Of a stretch of 37,155 bases of DNA, positions 1-7,606 are shown in pieces. The stretch's first letter is position 1. The number at the start of each line of letters is the position of its first letter. Source of the DNA: a virus. Its lineage: Duplodnaviria; Caudoviricetes. The notes under the pieces are model-generated. The model saw only the letters and a program-made list of their open reading frames with translations. It was not told the origin of the DNA and made no database searches. The position numbers and the translations under genes were made by a program. The stretch covers positions 1-37,155 of the IMG/VR virus record IMGVR_UViG_3300021963_010582; one strand, written 5' to 3'.

Positions 1-857
1 GCGCGGGCCTCGAGGCGATCGACCTTGTCAGCCAACTCTTTCACGGCTTCGACCAGCATGCCAACCAGATTGCCATAGGCGACAGACAGCAGGCCATCGT
101 CGTGGGCCATCACCGCCTCGGGCACGATCGGCGCCAATTCCTGAGCCACTAGGCCAATCCCGCGGCTACCAGTGTCGCGCCGCGTAAAGATAACCCCTCG
201 CAGGCTTCGGACTTGGTCAAGCGCACCTGCGATGGTTGTAATGTCGGCTTTGAGCCGGGCATCGGAATAGGCTGTGATATCGCCGGTCGCGGTGATTGAG
301 CCCGACACGGAGATGCTGCCGGTGAAGCTGTCGCCCGCCTTGTTGGCAGGCGTAAATCCAAGCGCGCCGGTCACATCGCCGGAGGTCATGGACGAGCCAG
401 CGGTGACCCGGCCTTTCGCATCGACGGTGACCTTGAGATAGGTCCCGGCCGTCACGCCGGAGTTTGCCAGGGTCGCGGCGAACGACAGGTTTGCAGAGCC
501 GTCAAAGCTGCCGCTGGTGCCAGTGACATCGCCTGTGAGCGCAATGATCCGCCCGGTCGCCCACTTGGTCGCAGTGGCAGCATTGCCGGTGCAGGAGCCG
601 GATGAACCCGTGATCGATCCGCTGCTGGTGATGTAGCCGCTTGGATTGGTGGAATTGTAGGGCGTGAAGCCCAGCGCGGTCGTCACCATGGCCGAGGTCA
701 GATTGCCAAAGCCTACCTGGACGACGGTGCCGCCTGCGGTCTTCGAAAATAGCTTCTGGTCGGCCAGATTGACCGCGAGTTCGCCCGCCTGAAGCGAAGC
801 GGCCGCAGGGACGCTGGATGCGGTCGAGGACCGTTTAAGCAGGATGGTGCTCGGCAT
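1..857 (-). CDS. Fibre protein with Mtd_N-like N-terminus and C-terminal peptidase S74 intramolecular chaperone (3' end runs off window)
   Basis: Not in the ORF track. Manual translation from ATG 857: [37 protein letters not shown]...TAYSDARLKADI...GIGLVAQELAPIVPEAV...LSVAYGNLVGMLVEAVKEL, open to position 1. SDxRLK and GxxAQE are S74 signatures. Confidence 0.88.
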   Translation of the reverse strand, partial: MPSTILLKRSSTASSVPAAASLQAGELAVNLADQKLFSKTAGGTVVQVGFGNLTSAMVTTALGFTPYNSTNPSGYITSSGSITGSSGSCTGNAATATKWATGRIIALTGDVTGTSGSFDGSANLSFAATLANSGVTAGTYLKVTVDAKGRVTAGSSMTSGDVTGALGFTPANKAGDSFTGSISVSGSITATGDITAYSDARLKADITTIAGALDQVRSLRGVIFTRRDTGSRGIGLVAQELAPIVPEAVMAHDDGLLSVAYGNLVGMLVEAVKELADKVDRLEAR

Positions 858-2398
858 CAGAAAGTACCACCATCCAGTGTCACGCCATCAATCGAGCCAC
901 CGGTGATTGCGACGTTGCTCGCCGCCTGCGTCGACATGGTGCCAAGGCCAGAAATGTCGGTGTTGGGGATCGTGGCCGATGCGGTGAAGGCTGCGGTGCC
1001 GTTACCCTTGAGGTAGCCGGTAAGCGTGGTTGCCCCCGAACCGCCCTTCGCCACGCCGAGCGTACCGCCGATATTGCCCAGCGTCAGGTTCGCTTCGTTA
1101 ACATCGACTGTTGGGTTACCGGCCACACCATCGCCATTGGTGACTGCGATCTTGGTCGAGCCGGCCGCTAGGGTGCGTGCTGCCACAGTTCCTGCTGCTG
1201 TCCGGGCAATGATCCCATTGGTGGCAAGGTTATGGAGTGCGAGCGCCTGACCGGTCAGCCCAACGCTGTCAGCAGCTACGGTAATGCCTGTGCCGGCACC
1301 CACGTCGATCGTGTTGCCAGTCTTGGTGAGGCCATTGCCGGCGACGATCTGCCCTGCGCCATTGAACTGGACGAAGGTGATCGCTGTCGTGCCCAGAGTG
1401 CCGCCAACATCAACCGTGCAGAGATAGCCGACGTCGGCGTTCACCGAGCCTTGTTCGACAAAGAGGTAGGCCGAGACATGCTCGTCCCAGGTCGAGAGAT
1501 CGACGGCCCGGGACCAGGCGCCAGCGGCAACGACATAGACGCCATTTGCCGAAGTCGAGGTCTGGTCCTTCACCAGCACTCGGTCACCAACGGCAAGAGC
1601 TACCCCGTCGATGGTCATTGCCCCGGAAAGCGAGGCGATGTTCGCGGTCGATGCAGCTTTCACCGAAGCCTTGGGATCGAGCCCCTGAACGGTCAGATCA
1701 ACGTAGTTCTTGGTGGCTGCGTCCTGGGCAGCTGTCGGGTCAGCAAGACCAGTGATGCGCTGGCTATTGAAGTCCAGCGCAGCGGTAGGTGCAGCCAGCT
1801 GGTCGAGCCGGTTCGCCCGCACTCTGGCATCAGTGAAGTAGAGGTTGGTGCCTTCCGCAACATCGCTGCTCGAGAGCGTGATTGCGCCGGTCCGGCCAGC
1901 AACCGAGGTCACCGGGAAGGTGATCGCAACATTGCTGGCCGCCGTCACGCGCCCCTTGGCATCGACTGCGACCTGGCCAACCTGTGTAGCGGAGCCATAA
2001 GTCCCAGCGGTGGCGCCACTATTGGCGAGTGTCAGCGCAATCGAGGCGTTCGCAGAGCCATCAAAAGTCGCAGAGCCCGTGCCGTCACCCGTGATCGAAA
2101 AGGTCCTCGCAGTCGCAAGCTTGGTCGCGGTTCCTGCATTGCCGTCGATGGAGCCCGAAATTGTCGAGGTGAAGGTCTTGACCCCGGCGATGGTCTGGGC
2201 ACCGGTCGTCGCCACAAAAGCACCCGAGCCGCCGATCGCGATGACCGAGGTCGCCGTGCCGCCAGCGCCGCCCGTGCCGGTGCCGTAATAGAGGGTGTTG
2301 TCCTGTTCGTTGAACGCGAGCTCGGCATTGGCAAGCGAAGCCGGAGCCCCAGCCGCACCGCCTGCAGCCCGCCGCTTGATGCGCAGGGTATTGGCCAT
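857..2398 (-). CDS. Long Gly/Ala/Thr-rich fibre or virion decoration protein
   Basis: 513 aa. Mtd_N-like start (LRIKRR...[10 protein letters not shown]), fibre motifs [34 protein letters not shown] and TIDGV...[10 protein letters not shown]...NGVY. Ends LDGGTF. Confidence 0.85.
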   Translation of the reverse strand: MANTLRIKRRAAGGAAGAPASLANAELAFNEQDNTLYYGTGTGGAGGTATSVIAIGGSGAFVATTGAQTIAGVKTFTSTISGSIDGNAGTATKLATARTFSITGDGTGSATFDGSANASIALTLANSGATAGTYGSATQVGQVAVDAKGRVTAASNVAITFPVTSVAGRTGAITLSSSDVAEGTNLYFTDARVRANRLDQLAAPTAALDFNSQRITGLADPTAAQDAATKNYVDLTVQGLDPKASVKAASTANIASLSGAMTIDGVALAVGDRVLVKDQTSTSANGVYVVAAGAWSRAVDLSTWDEHVSAYLFVEQGSVNADVGYLCTVDVGGTLGTTAITFVQFNGAGQIVAGNGLTKTGNTIDVGAGTGITVAADSVGLTGQALALHNLATNGIIARTAAGTVAARTLAAGSTKIAVTNGDGVAGNPTVDVNEANLTLGNIGGTLGVAKGGSGATTLTGYLKGNGTAAFTASATIPNTDISGLGTMSTQAASNVAITGGSIDGVTLDGGTF

Positions 2399-2682
2399 CA
2401 GAAATTACCTCCGTCGACCAGTCTGGTCGCTTTCTCGTTGATCCATGTGTTGGTGGGGGATGAGTAAGTGAGGACGTCCCCGCCCTCGGGCGTGGCGAGA
2501 TCGACATCGCTGAGATCGGTCAGCGCGCTCAGCGGCCCGGGTGGGCCAGGAGGACCCTGTGGCCCGGTGAACCCGCGTGGGCCCGAGATCCCGGCACTCG
2601 AGACATCTAGGGTGATGCTCGTGCCGTCACTCTCGACAAGGATGGTCTGGACCGCCTCGACGATCTGAAGCGCTGCACTCAT
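2398..2682 (-). CDS. Short collagen-like fibre linker protein
   Basis: 94 aa with 7 Gly-X-Y triplets ([21 protein letters not shown]), an LTDLSDV...GDVLTY...W motif, and C-terminal VDGGNF. Overlaps both neighbours. Confidence 0.75.
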   Translation of the reverse strand: MSAALQIVEAVQTILVESDGTSITLDVSSAGISGPRGFTGPQGPPGPPGPLSALTDLSDVDLATPEGGDVLTYSSPTNTWINEKATRLVDGGNF

Positions 2683-2990
2683 TCGACATCAAACGTGAGG
2701 GTCGGAAGAACCTCACGCTCCCCGCTGTCGTTCTCGAAGCCGAGGGTCAGCCAAACCCGACCAGCGCCGGGAGCCAATGGAGTGGTCTGCTCGTCGGTCC
2801 ATAGAACCTCGATCTGCCCGCCCGAAGCTGGGATCAGGATCGCAAGCGCGGGCGGTGCAATGTTCGGACTTTGATCGATGACCATGAGCGTGAGCCCGGA
2901 AAGATCCCGGGCCAGTCCTGCGCTTTGGTCGGCAAAAAAGGTGGCGCGCACGCGCTTAGTGCCGCCCCGGCGAATGGTCAGCCTGGTCAT
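2679..2990 (-). CDS. Small beta-rich fibre attachment/adaptor protein (BppU-N-like, tentative)
   Basis: Likely start MTRLTIRRG at 2990 with AGGTG upstream. The pattern IRRG...DLSG...GQIEVLWTDEQT..L..G resembles BppU-like adaptors. Confidence 0.5.
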   Translation of the reverse strand: MTRLTIRRGGTKRVRATFFADQSAGLARDLSGLTLMVIDQSPNIAPPALAILIPASGGQIEVLWTDEQTTPLAPGAGRVWLTLGFENDSGEREVLPTLTFDVE

Positions 2991-3006
2991 CGATGCACCT
3001 GATCGG

Positions 3007-3039
3007 AAAAGAGGGTGGCGGGAGCCGAAGCCCCCGCCA
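3007..3039 (-). terminator. Hairpin with UUCG loop, possible terminator/attenuator
   Basis: mRNA TGGCGGGGGC-TTCG-GCTCCCGCCA followed by CCCTCTTTT. Confidence 0.5.
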
Positions 3040-3046
3040 TTGAGCA

Positions 3047-3241
3047 TCAGCCGATGCGGGCCGTAGCCGTCTTGCGGAACAGGACGCCGCCGATACCGGT
3101 CAGTGCCAGCACCACGGTCAGGACGTCAGTCTGATCGAGCCCGGCGGGCAGAACGCCGAGCGTACCGGCAATGCCCCAGAGGCTGCCAATGACGCCGGTC
3201 CAGATGGCCTTCGAGGTCCACCAAGGTTTGAGGTCTTCCAT
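3047..3241 (-). CDS. Holin-like small membrane protein
   Basis: 64 aa, KPWWTSKAIW start, two hydrophobic segments, basic C-terminus, GGAG RBS, adjacent to the endolysin. Confidence 0.65.
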   Translation of the reverse strand: MEDLKPWWTSKAIWTGVIGSLWGIAGTLGVLPAGLDQTDVLTVVLALTGIGGVLFRKTATARIG

Positions 3242-3255
3242 GTCATTTCTCCAAT

Positions 3256-3277
3256 AAAAAACCCGCCAGAAGGCGGG
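3256..3277 (-). terminator. Rho-independent terminator within the late operon
   Basis: mRNA CCCGCC-TTCT-GGCGGG-TTTTTT. Confidence 0.8.
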
Positions 3278-3315
3278 CGGGATGATCCATCTGCAATGTG
3301 CAACGGATGGTTGGG

Positions 3316-3855
3316 TCAGGCTTCGTTGGTGGAGAGCGCACCGGTTGCTGCCAGTTCTACTGGCTTTGCTGTTGCGGGTGCAGCCTTGTAGACGGGACGG
3401 CGGACCGCGATGCAGCGATCCTTGGCAATGCGGGTGATGGTCACGCCATCGGACTGGTTTCCGCCAAGCACATGAAAGGCGCCATAGTCCTGGCCGATGT
3501 AGAGCCCGACATGGCCGGAGACCTCACCACGCCGGAACACGAGCACATCACCAAGCTGGGGCTTTGCGCTCCCGTCCTTGCCGAAGTTCACCCAGCTCCT
3601 CGCCCAAAGTGGCTGGCTTGGCAGCGCCTTACCTGCTCGTTTGGCGACAATGGCCGCGAAGAGCCCGCACCAGGGGATCTCGTCGCGGTTGTAGACCTTG
3701 GCGAGCCCCAATTCCTTGGCCCAGCCGAGGATTACCGGATTATCGGCGGAGCCCTGCGCTTCAACGGTGCCGAAGAGCTTCCGGGCTTCTGACACCATCT
3801 TTGGCAAAGGTTGCAAGTCATCGAGCCAGCGGTAAGCTGGCGGTAGCGGGTTCAT
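3316..3855 (-). CDS. TIGR02594-family NlpC/P60 (CHAP-like) peptidoglycan hydrolase, probable endolysin
   Basis: DEIPWCGLF (catalytic Cys), GHVGLY (His) and VLGGNQSD motifs. Start MNPLPP at 3855 with AAGGAG RBS. Confidence 0.85.
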   Translation of the reverse strand: MNPLPPAYRWLDDLQPLPKMVSEARKLFGTVEAQGSADNPVILGWAKELGLAKVYNRDEIPWCGLFAAIVAKRAGKALPSQPLWARSWVNFGKDGSAKPQLGDVLVFRRGEVSGHVGLYIGQDYGAFHVLGGNQSDGVTITRIAKDRCIAVRRPVYKAAPATAKPVELAATGALSTNEA

Positions 3856-3875
3856 GGGTTCTCTCCTTTTGGAGG

Positions 3876-4091
3876 TTAGCGGCCTGAGAAGCCTTTGAAG
3901 GCGGCAGTGATCACTGCGATCGCGGCAACCAGGGTCGATAGCCATTTGACGAAGCGCACAACGCCAGTGGCCGTGTTCCAGGCGTCAAGCAGGTCTTTCA
4001 GTTCCTTGCGCACGGCCTTGAGCTCTGCCTGGACGGCTTCGAGGTCAGCACGGATCAGGGCCATTTCCACTGCGGGGTCTTGTTCGGGCAT
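3876..4091 (-). CDS. Coiled-coil plus single-TM protein, holin/antiholin-like
   Basis: 71 aa, heptad-rich N-terminus then hydrophobic WLSTLVAAIAVITAAF, directly upstream of the endolysin. Confidence 0.6.
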   Translation of the reverse strand: MPEQDPAVEMALIRADLEAVQAELKAVRKELKDLLDAWNTATGVVRFVKWLSTLVAAIAVITAAFKGFSGR

Positions 4092-4099
4092 GGGAGGTC

Positions 4100-4681
4100 T
4101 CAGCGGATCGAGCAGATGATAGCGATGTCACCGGGCAAGAGATCGACAGAGTAGCCCGGCATCGGATTGAAGTCGGTCTCCCGCTGGCGTGAGCCGGTGG
4201 CGTAGTGGACGAACAGCGCGGGGTCGCTCAGCACGTGAGGCTCGGTCAGCACCTCCAAACGGTACTGAACACCCGGCGTCCGCTTCAATTTCTGTACCAC
4301 GCAGCACAGCGTAAAGTCGTCTTGGAAGTGGCGGGTGAACTCGCCAGCAGGCAGATAACCGCCGCCGTTCTCGACGTTGTGGCAGCCGGGCGTCCAGGCT
4401 TGCGTGATAGGGCCATCCGGCCCCTCGAAGACGTACTCGGCCGATCCGTTGATGCAGATGGACACATGCTCGCACAGGGTCCAACCGACACCAGCCTCGT
4501 GCATCTCGGCGATGGTGGCATTGAGACGGGGCGGCACAAAGTCCAGCATCGGCCAGAGCCTCCACGAGTTTGCTGGCCGGCGGAACGTGAAGTCGTTCTT
4601 GAACACCCCGTAGTTGATCTCGAGGTCGTCGTTGATCGCGATCACCTCGTCGGTGACCGTCGGCCTGCGCTCTGCCTGCAT
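4100..4681 (-). CDS. Hypothetical protein, possible cupin/double-stranded beta-helix fold
   Basis: Start MQAERR at 4681 with AGAGGA RBS. EHVSICINGSAEY...PG.H...YLPAGEFTRH resembles cupin motifs. Confidence 0.55.
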   Translation of the reverse strand: MQAERRPTVTDEVIAINDDLEINYGVFKNDFTFRRPANSWRLWPMLDFVPPRLNATIAEMHEAGVGWTLCEHVSICINGSAEYVFEGPDGPITQAWTPGCHNVENGGGYLPAGEFTRHFQDDFTLCCVVQKLKRTPGVQYRLEVLTEPHVLSDPALFVHYATGSRQRETDFNPMPGYSVDLLPGDIAIICSIR

Positions 4682-4694
4682 GTCCTGTTTTCCT

Positions 4695-5603
4695 CTAGCT
4701 AACCGTGACCGAGACAACCTCGCGCACAACGTGGGCGCCGGACTGGCCGCCCGATGTGCTGATCGCGGCGCCACCCTGGGTCGCGGAGAGGTTGAACGTG
4801 TCGGTCGCGGCGTTGACGACGAAGTAGGTTGTGTTGGCGAAGATTCCGGCCGGAAGCACTCCGGAGGTCGTGAACTGGACCCGCTTGCCGTTTGTCAGTC
4901 CGTGACCTGCTGAAGTGACCGTCGCCGGAGTTGCGATGGTGATCGTGGCGGTGCGCGGCAGCATGCAGGCAAAGACGTTGCCGCTCAGCGTGCCATTGGC
5001 CTGATAAGCTGTGATAGGGTCCTTGTAGCCATAGCGGGTGCCAGAGCCGGAGCCTGTGAAGCTGAGTGCCGCGCCGCCAAGCGTGGCCGCAATCTTGAAC
5101 GCGCTCGCACTGACCACCGACTGGACATAGTAGATGGTGAACGCAGTCAGTCCGCTGGGCATGCCGCCGCTGCAATAGAACTGGACCGGATCGCCGACGG
5201 CAAGCCCATGCGACGTCCAGTTGATGGTGTTGGTGGGCGATGGACTGAAGGTGATCCCAGTGACGTAGGTCGCCCAGGAAACCGAGCCCGCGCTCAAGAG
5301 ATAGACCGTGCCGTTGATGCGCAAACGGCTGGGCTCGGGCGTCAAACTGTATCCGTCGAGACCGATCAGCGTGCGCGACGTCGCAGCGTAGAAATCATAC
5401 TCATGGGCAATCGCGCGGATGTTGCGACCCTGCCAGTTTGCCGGCGTGAAGGCGCCGCTCACAAGTGATGTGAAATAGCCGCCATCAGCGCCGAACTGCT
5501 CGCCAGCGCTGTATTTGTCGCCCCACGAGTAGTAGCTGACGGGCAGATCTATCTGCCGCTCGTCGCCTCCTGATCCGAGTAAGACTCCAAGCACGCCGGA
5601 CAT
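4695..5603 (-). CDS. Putative receptor-binding/adhesin protein with two HGLxxG (FCCH-like) repeats
   Basis: 302 aa. Repeats SHGLAVGDPVQF...YYV...FKIAATLGGAA and GHGLTNGKRVQF...YFV...FNLSATQGGAA. Coupled to the upstream fibre gene. Confidence 0.7.
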   Translation of the reverse strand: MSGVLGVLLGSGGDERQIDLPVSYYSWGDKYSAGEQFGADGGYFTSLVSGAFTPANWQGRNIRAIAHEYDFYAATSRTLIGLDGYSLTPEPSRLRINGTVYLLSAGSVSWATYVTGITFSPSPTNTINWTSHGLAVGDPVQFYCSGGMPSGLTAFTIYYVQSVVSASAFKIAATLGGAALSFTGSGSGTRYGYKDPITAYQANGTLSGNVFACMLPRTATITIATPATVTSAGHGLTNGKRVQFTTSGVLPAGIFANTTYFVVNAATDTFNLSATQGGAAISTSGGQSGAHVVREVVSVTVS

Positions 5604-6691
5604 CAGCTAATCCCCGTGCCGGAAACGAACCAGACGTTGGCCTCGACCTTTATCAGCGTGGCAAGGCCGCGCACGGCGAGCGTCCGATTGCCAGTGCTGG
5701 TGGTGCCGGCCTGACAGAGTGTCACGCCTGAACCCTGCGCGATCGTGATGGCTGCGCCGCCGTTGTTGACGATGGTGATGGTTGTCCCGATCGGGAAGCC
5801 GACAGTGCCATTGGGGGGCACAGTGATGGTCTGGGCCGCTGAATTGAGCGAATAGATGTGCTTGCCATTGTCAGCCGCGACCAGCTGGTAGGAAGCGCTC
5901 TGGGCATTCTGAGGCACTTCGCGAAATCCGATCGCCCAGGCCGAACCGCCCGCATCATTGACTGAGGAGCCGCTGGCCGCACCCGAGATCGTCTTGTTGG
6001 AAAGCGTCTGGCTATCTGTCGTCCCAACGACTGCACCGGTCGGAACCGACCTGCCGGACCAGGAGGCGAGATTGGCGCTATAACCCTGGACATCACTGCC
6101 GATGACCAGCCCCAGATTGCTGCGAGCGGTTGGCGCATCGGGTGCGCCGGTTCCGCCATTGGCCATGGCTACCGTGCCCGTAATTTTGGCGCCGGACAGT
6201 GAGGTCAGCCAGGCGGGATCTGCATAGGAGCTGGTGGTAAGCACGGCATTGCCGGAAACCGAAGGTGCGGAGAGCGCCACCGTCCAGGAGGCAATCGTAC
6301 CGCTCCCTCCGACCATCGCCACATTGACGGCGAGCGCACCGGTGCCGCTCGTGTAGGCGGTGATTTGGCCATGCATCCAGTTTGCCGGGCTGGCCGTGCT
6401 GGTGATCGTCACCCATTGTCCGACGACAAAGACTTTGCCGGTCTGGACGGTCAGCGATTTGGAGCCGGTGCCGATAGCCAGCGAGGTCGTACTCGTGGCG
6501 CTGGTGCCGGGGGCATTGACGGCCGTAGCTGCGCTCGCGGCAGCATTGGTGGCGTAGCCATTGACCTCGACCGCCAGGGCATTGGCCTCCGTGCCGAAGG
6601 TTGGCAGGGCGCCAAGGAAAGCATCCGCGCGCGCAGAGAAGTTCGCCGCATCCGTCCGGGACGGCGGCGTGGGCAGTGCTGTGATAGGCAT
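5603..6691 (-). CDS. Tail fibre / tail tip protein
   Basis: 362 aa. N-terminal ITALPTPPSRTDAANFSARADAF anchor, GGTGA...ARSNLGL fibre motif, C-terminal beta-sandwich. Follows the distal tail gene. Confidence 0.8.
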   Translation of the reverse strand: MPITALPTPPSRTDAANFSARADAFLGALPTFGTEANALAVEVNGYATNAAASAATAVNAPGTSATSTTSLAIGTGSKSLTVQTGKVFVVGQWVTITSTASPANWMHGQITAYTSGTGALAVNVAMVGGSGTIASWTVALSAPSVSGNAVLTTSSYADPAWLTSLSGAKITGTVAMANGGTGAPDAPTARSNLGLVIGSDVQGYSANLASWSGRSVPTGAVVGTTDSQTLSNKTISGAASGSSVNDAGGSAWAIGFREVPQNAQSASYQLVAADNGKHIYSLNSAAQTITVPPNGTVGFPIGTTITIVNNGGAAITIAQGSGVTLCQAGTTSTGNRTLAVRGLATLIKVEANVWFVSGTGIS

Positions 6692-6712
6692 GAAATTACC
6701 CCTCGGGGTGGA

Positions 6713-7606
6713 TCAAGTGAGCCCTTCGATTGTCAGGCTGCAATAGCTGACGGTCGGGTAGGCAAGGTCGATCGAGAACTCTTTGTAGAAGCCGTAGACC
6801 GTGAGGCTCTCGAAGCTTTCGGAGCCGATCCAAAGGACCGGCGATGCGCGCAGAGCGGCGAGATTGCGGGCCACGTCATCAATGGCGCTGGTCGGCATAA
6901 CGACCCGGGCCGTCATCCTCTTGGCAAAGGCGCGCTCGACCACCGAGGTAACCCCGAACTGGTCGGTCTCTTTCCTCGAATAGTCGATGATCCCGATGTC
7001 GACGCCGTGCTCGGTCTCACCGATCGTAAACTGCCGGCCGAATATCAGCGCGCCGCAGGAAACAAGGTCAGCCGGATTGTCGCGCGTGACCGTGACGGTG
7101 ATAATGCCCGCCTCGTAGACCGGTACATCGAGAAACAGCAGGCTCGACTTGCGTCCAACCGGCTCGAAGAACCAGCTGAACCAGTTGTCGATGGCCGTGC
7201 CGCCGAGATTGAAGCTCTGGGTCTTGGTGTAAAGCGTGGAGCCCGACACTGTGAGCGATACCGTCGCGCTCTCTGCATCAGTGTCGATAAGCGCAACCCC
7301 GTCCGTGGCGCCTGGCGCCAGCACAACCTGCAAGCTTCCGGTCCGTGTCGTGGCGGTGCCAACCCTGTCATCGAACATGGCCCAGCGGTTGGTCGGCCCC
7401 AGATCGAGCCACTTGGTCGGATCGCTTGCCGGGTTGACCCCTGTCGAGGCTACCAGTGCTTCGTAGCGCCGATGGGTGGATGTCAGGATTACCCGGGCAC
7501 CCACCGCATAGGCTGTTCCGGCTGCCCAGACCGGGTGGTCATTCTCCGGGGCCGTGCTGCTGGTCAGCATGGCATCGGTCAGCGTGGTGGGGCGTATCAG
7601 CTTCAT
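6713..7606 (-). CDS. Minor tail (distal tail/tip) protein with CBM5/12-like insertion
   Basis: 297 aa directly after the tape measure gene. WAAGTAYAVGARV resembles a carbohydrate-binding module motif. Confidence 0.7.
   Translation of the reverse strand: MKLIRPTTLTDAMLTSSTAPENDHPVWAAGTAYAVGARVILTSTHRRYEALVASTGVNPASDPTKWLDLGPTNRWAMFDDRVGTATTRTGSLQVVLAPGATDGVALIDTDAESATVSLTVSGSTLYTKTQSFNLGGTAIDNWFSWFFEPVGRKSSLLFLDVPVYEAGIITVTVTRDNPADLVSCGALIFGRQFTIGETEHGVDIGIIDYSRKETDQFGVTSVVERAFAKRMTARVVMPTSAIDDVARNLAALRASPVLWIGSESFESLTVYGFYKEFSIDLAYPTVSYCSLTIEGLT

Noticed and set aside
149-361. 70-aa ORF in the track
   Set aside because: Alternative frame inside the S74 fibre gene 1..857.
1-2398. Diversity-generating retroelement suggested by Mtd_N-like domains
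   Set aside because: No reverse transcriptase and no near-identical TR/VR pair differing at adenines seen in the window.
1232-2467. 411-aa + strand ORF
   Set aside because: Antisense shadow of the fibre gene in GC-rich DNA, with no recognisable motifs.
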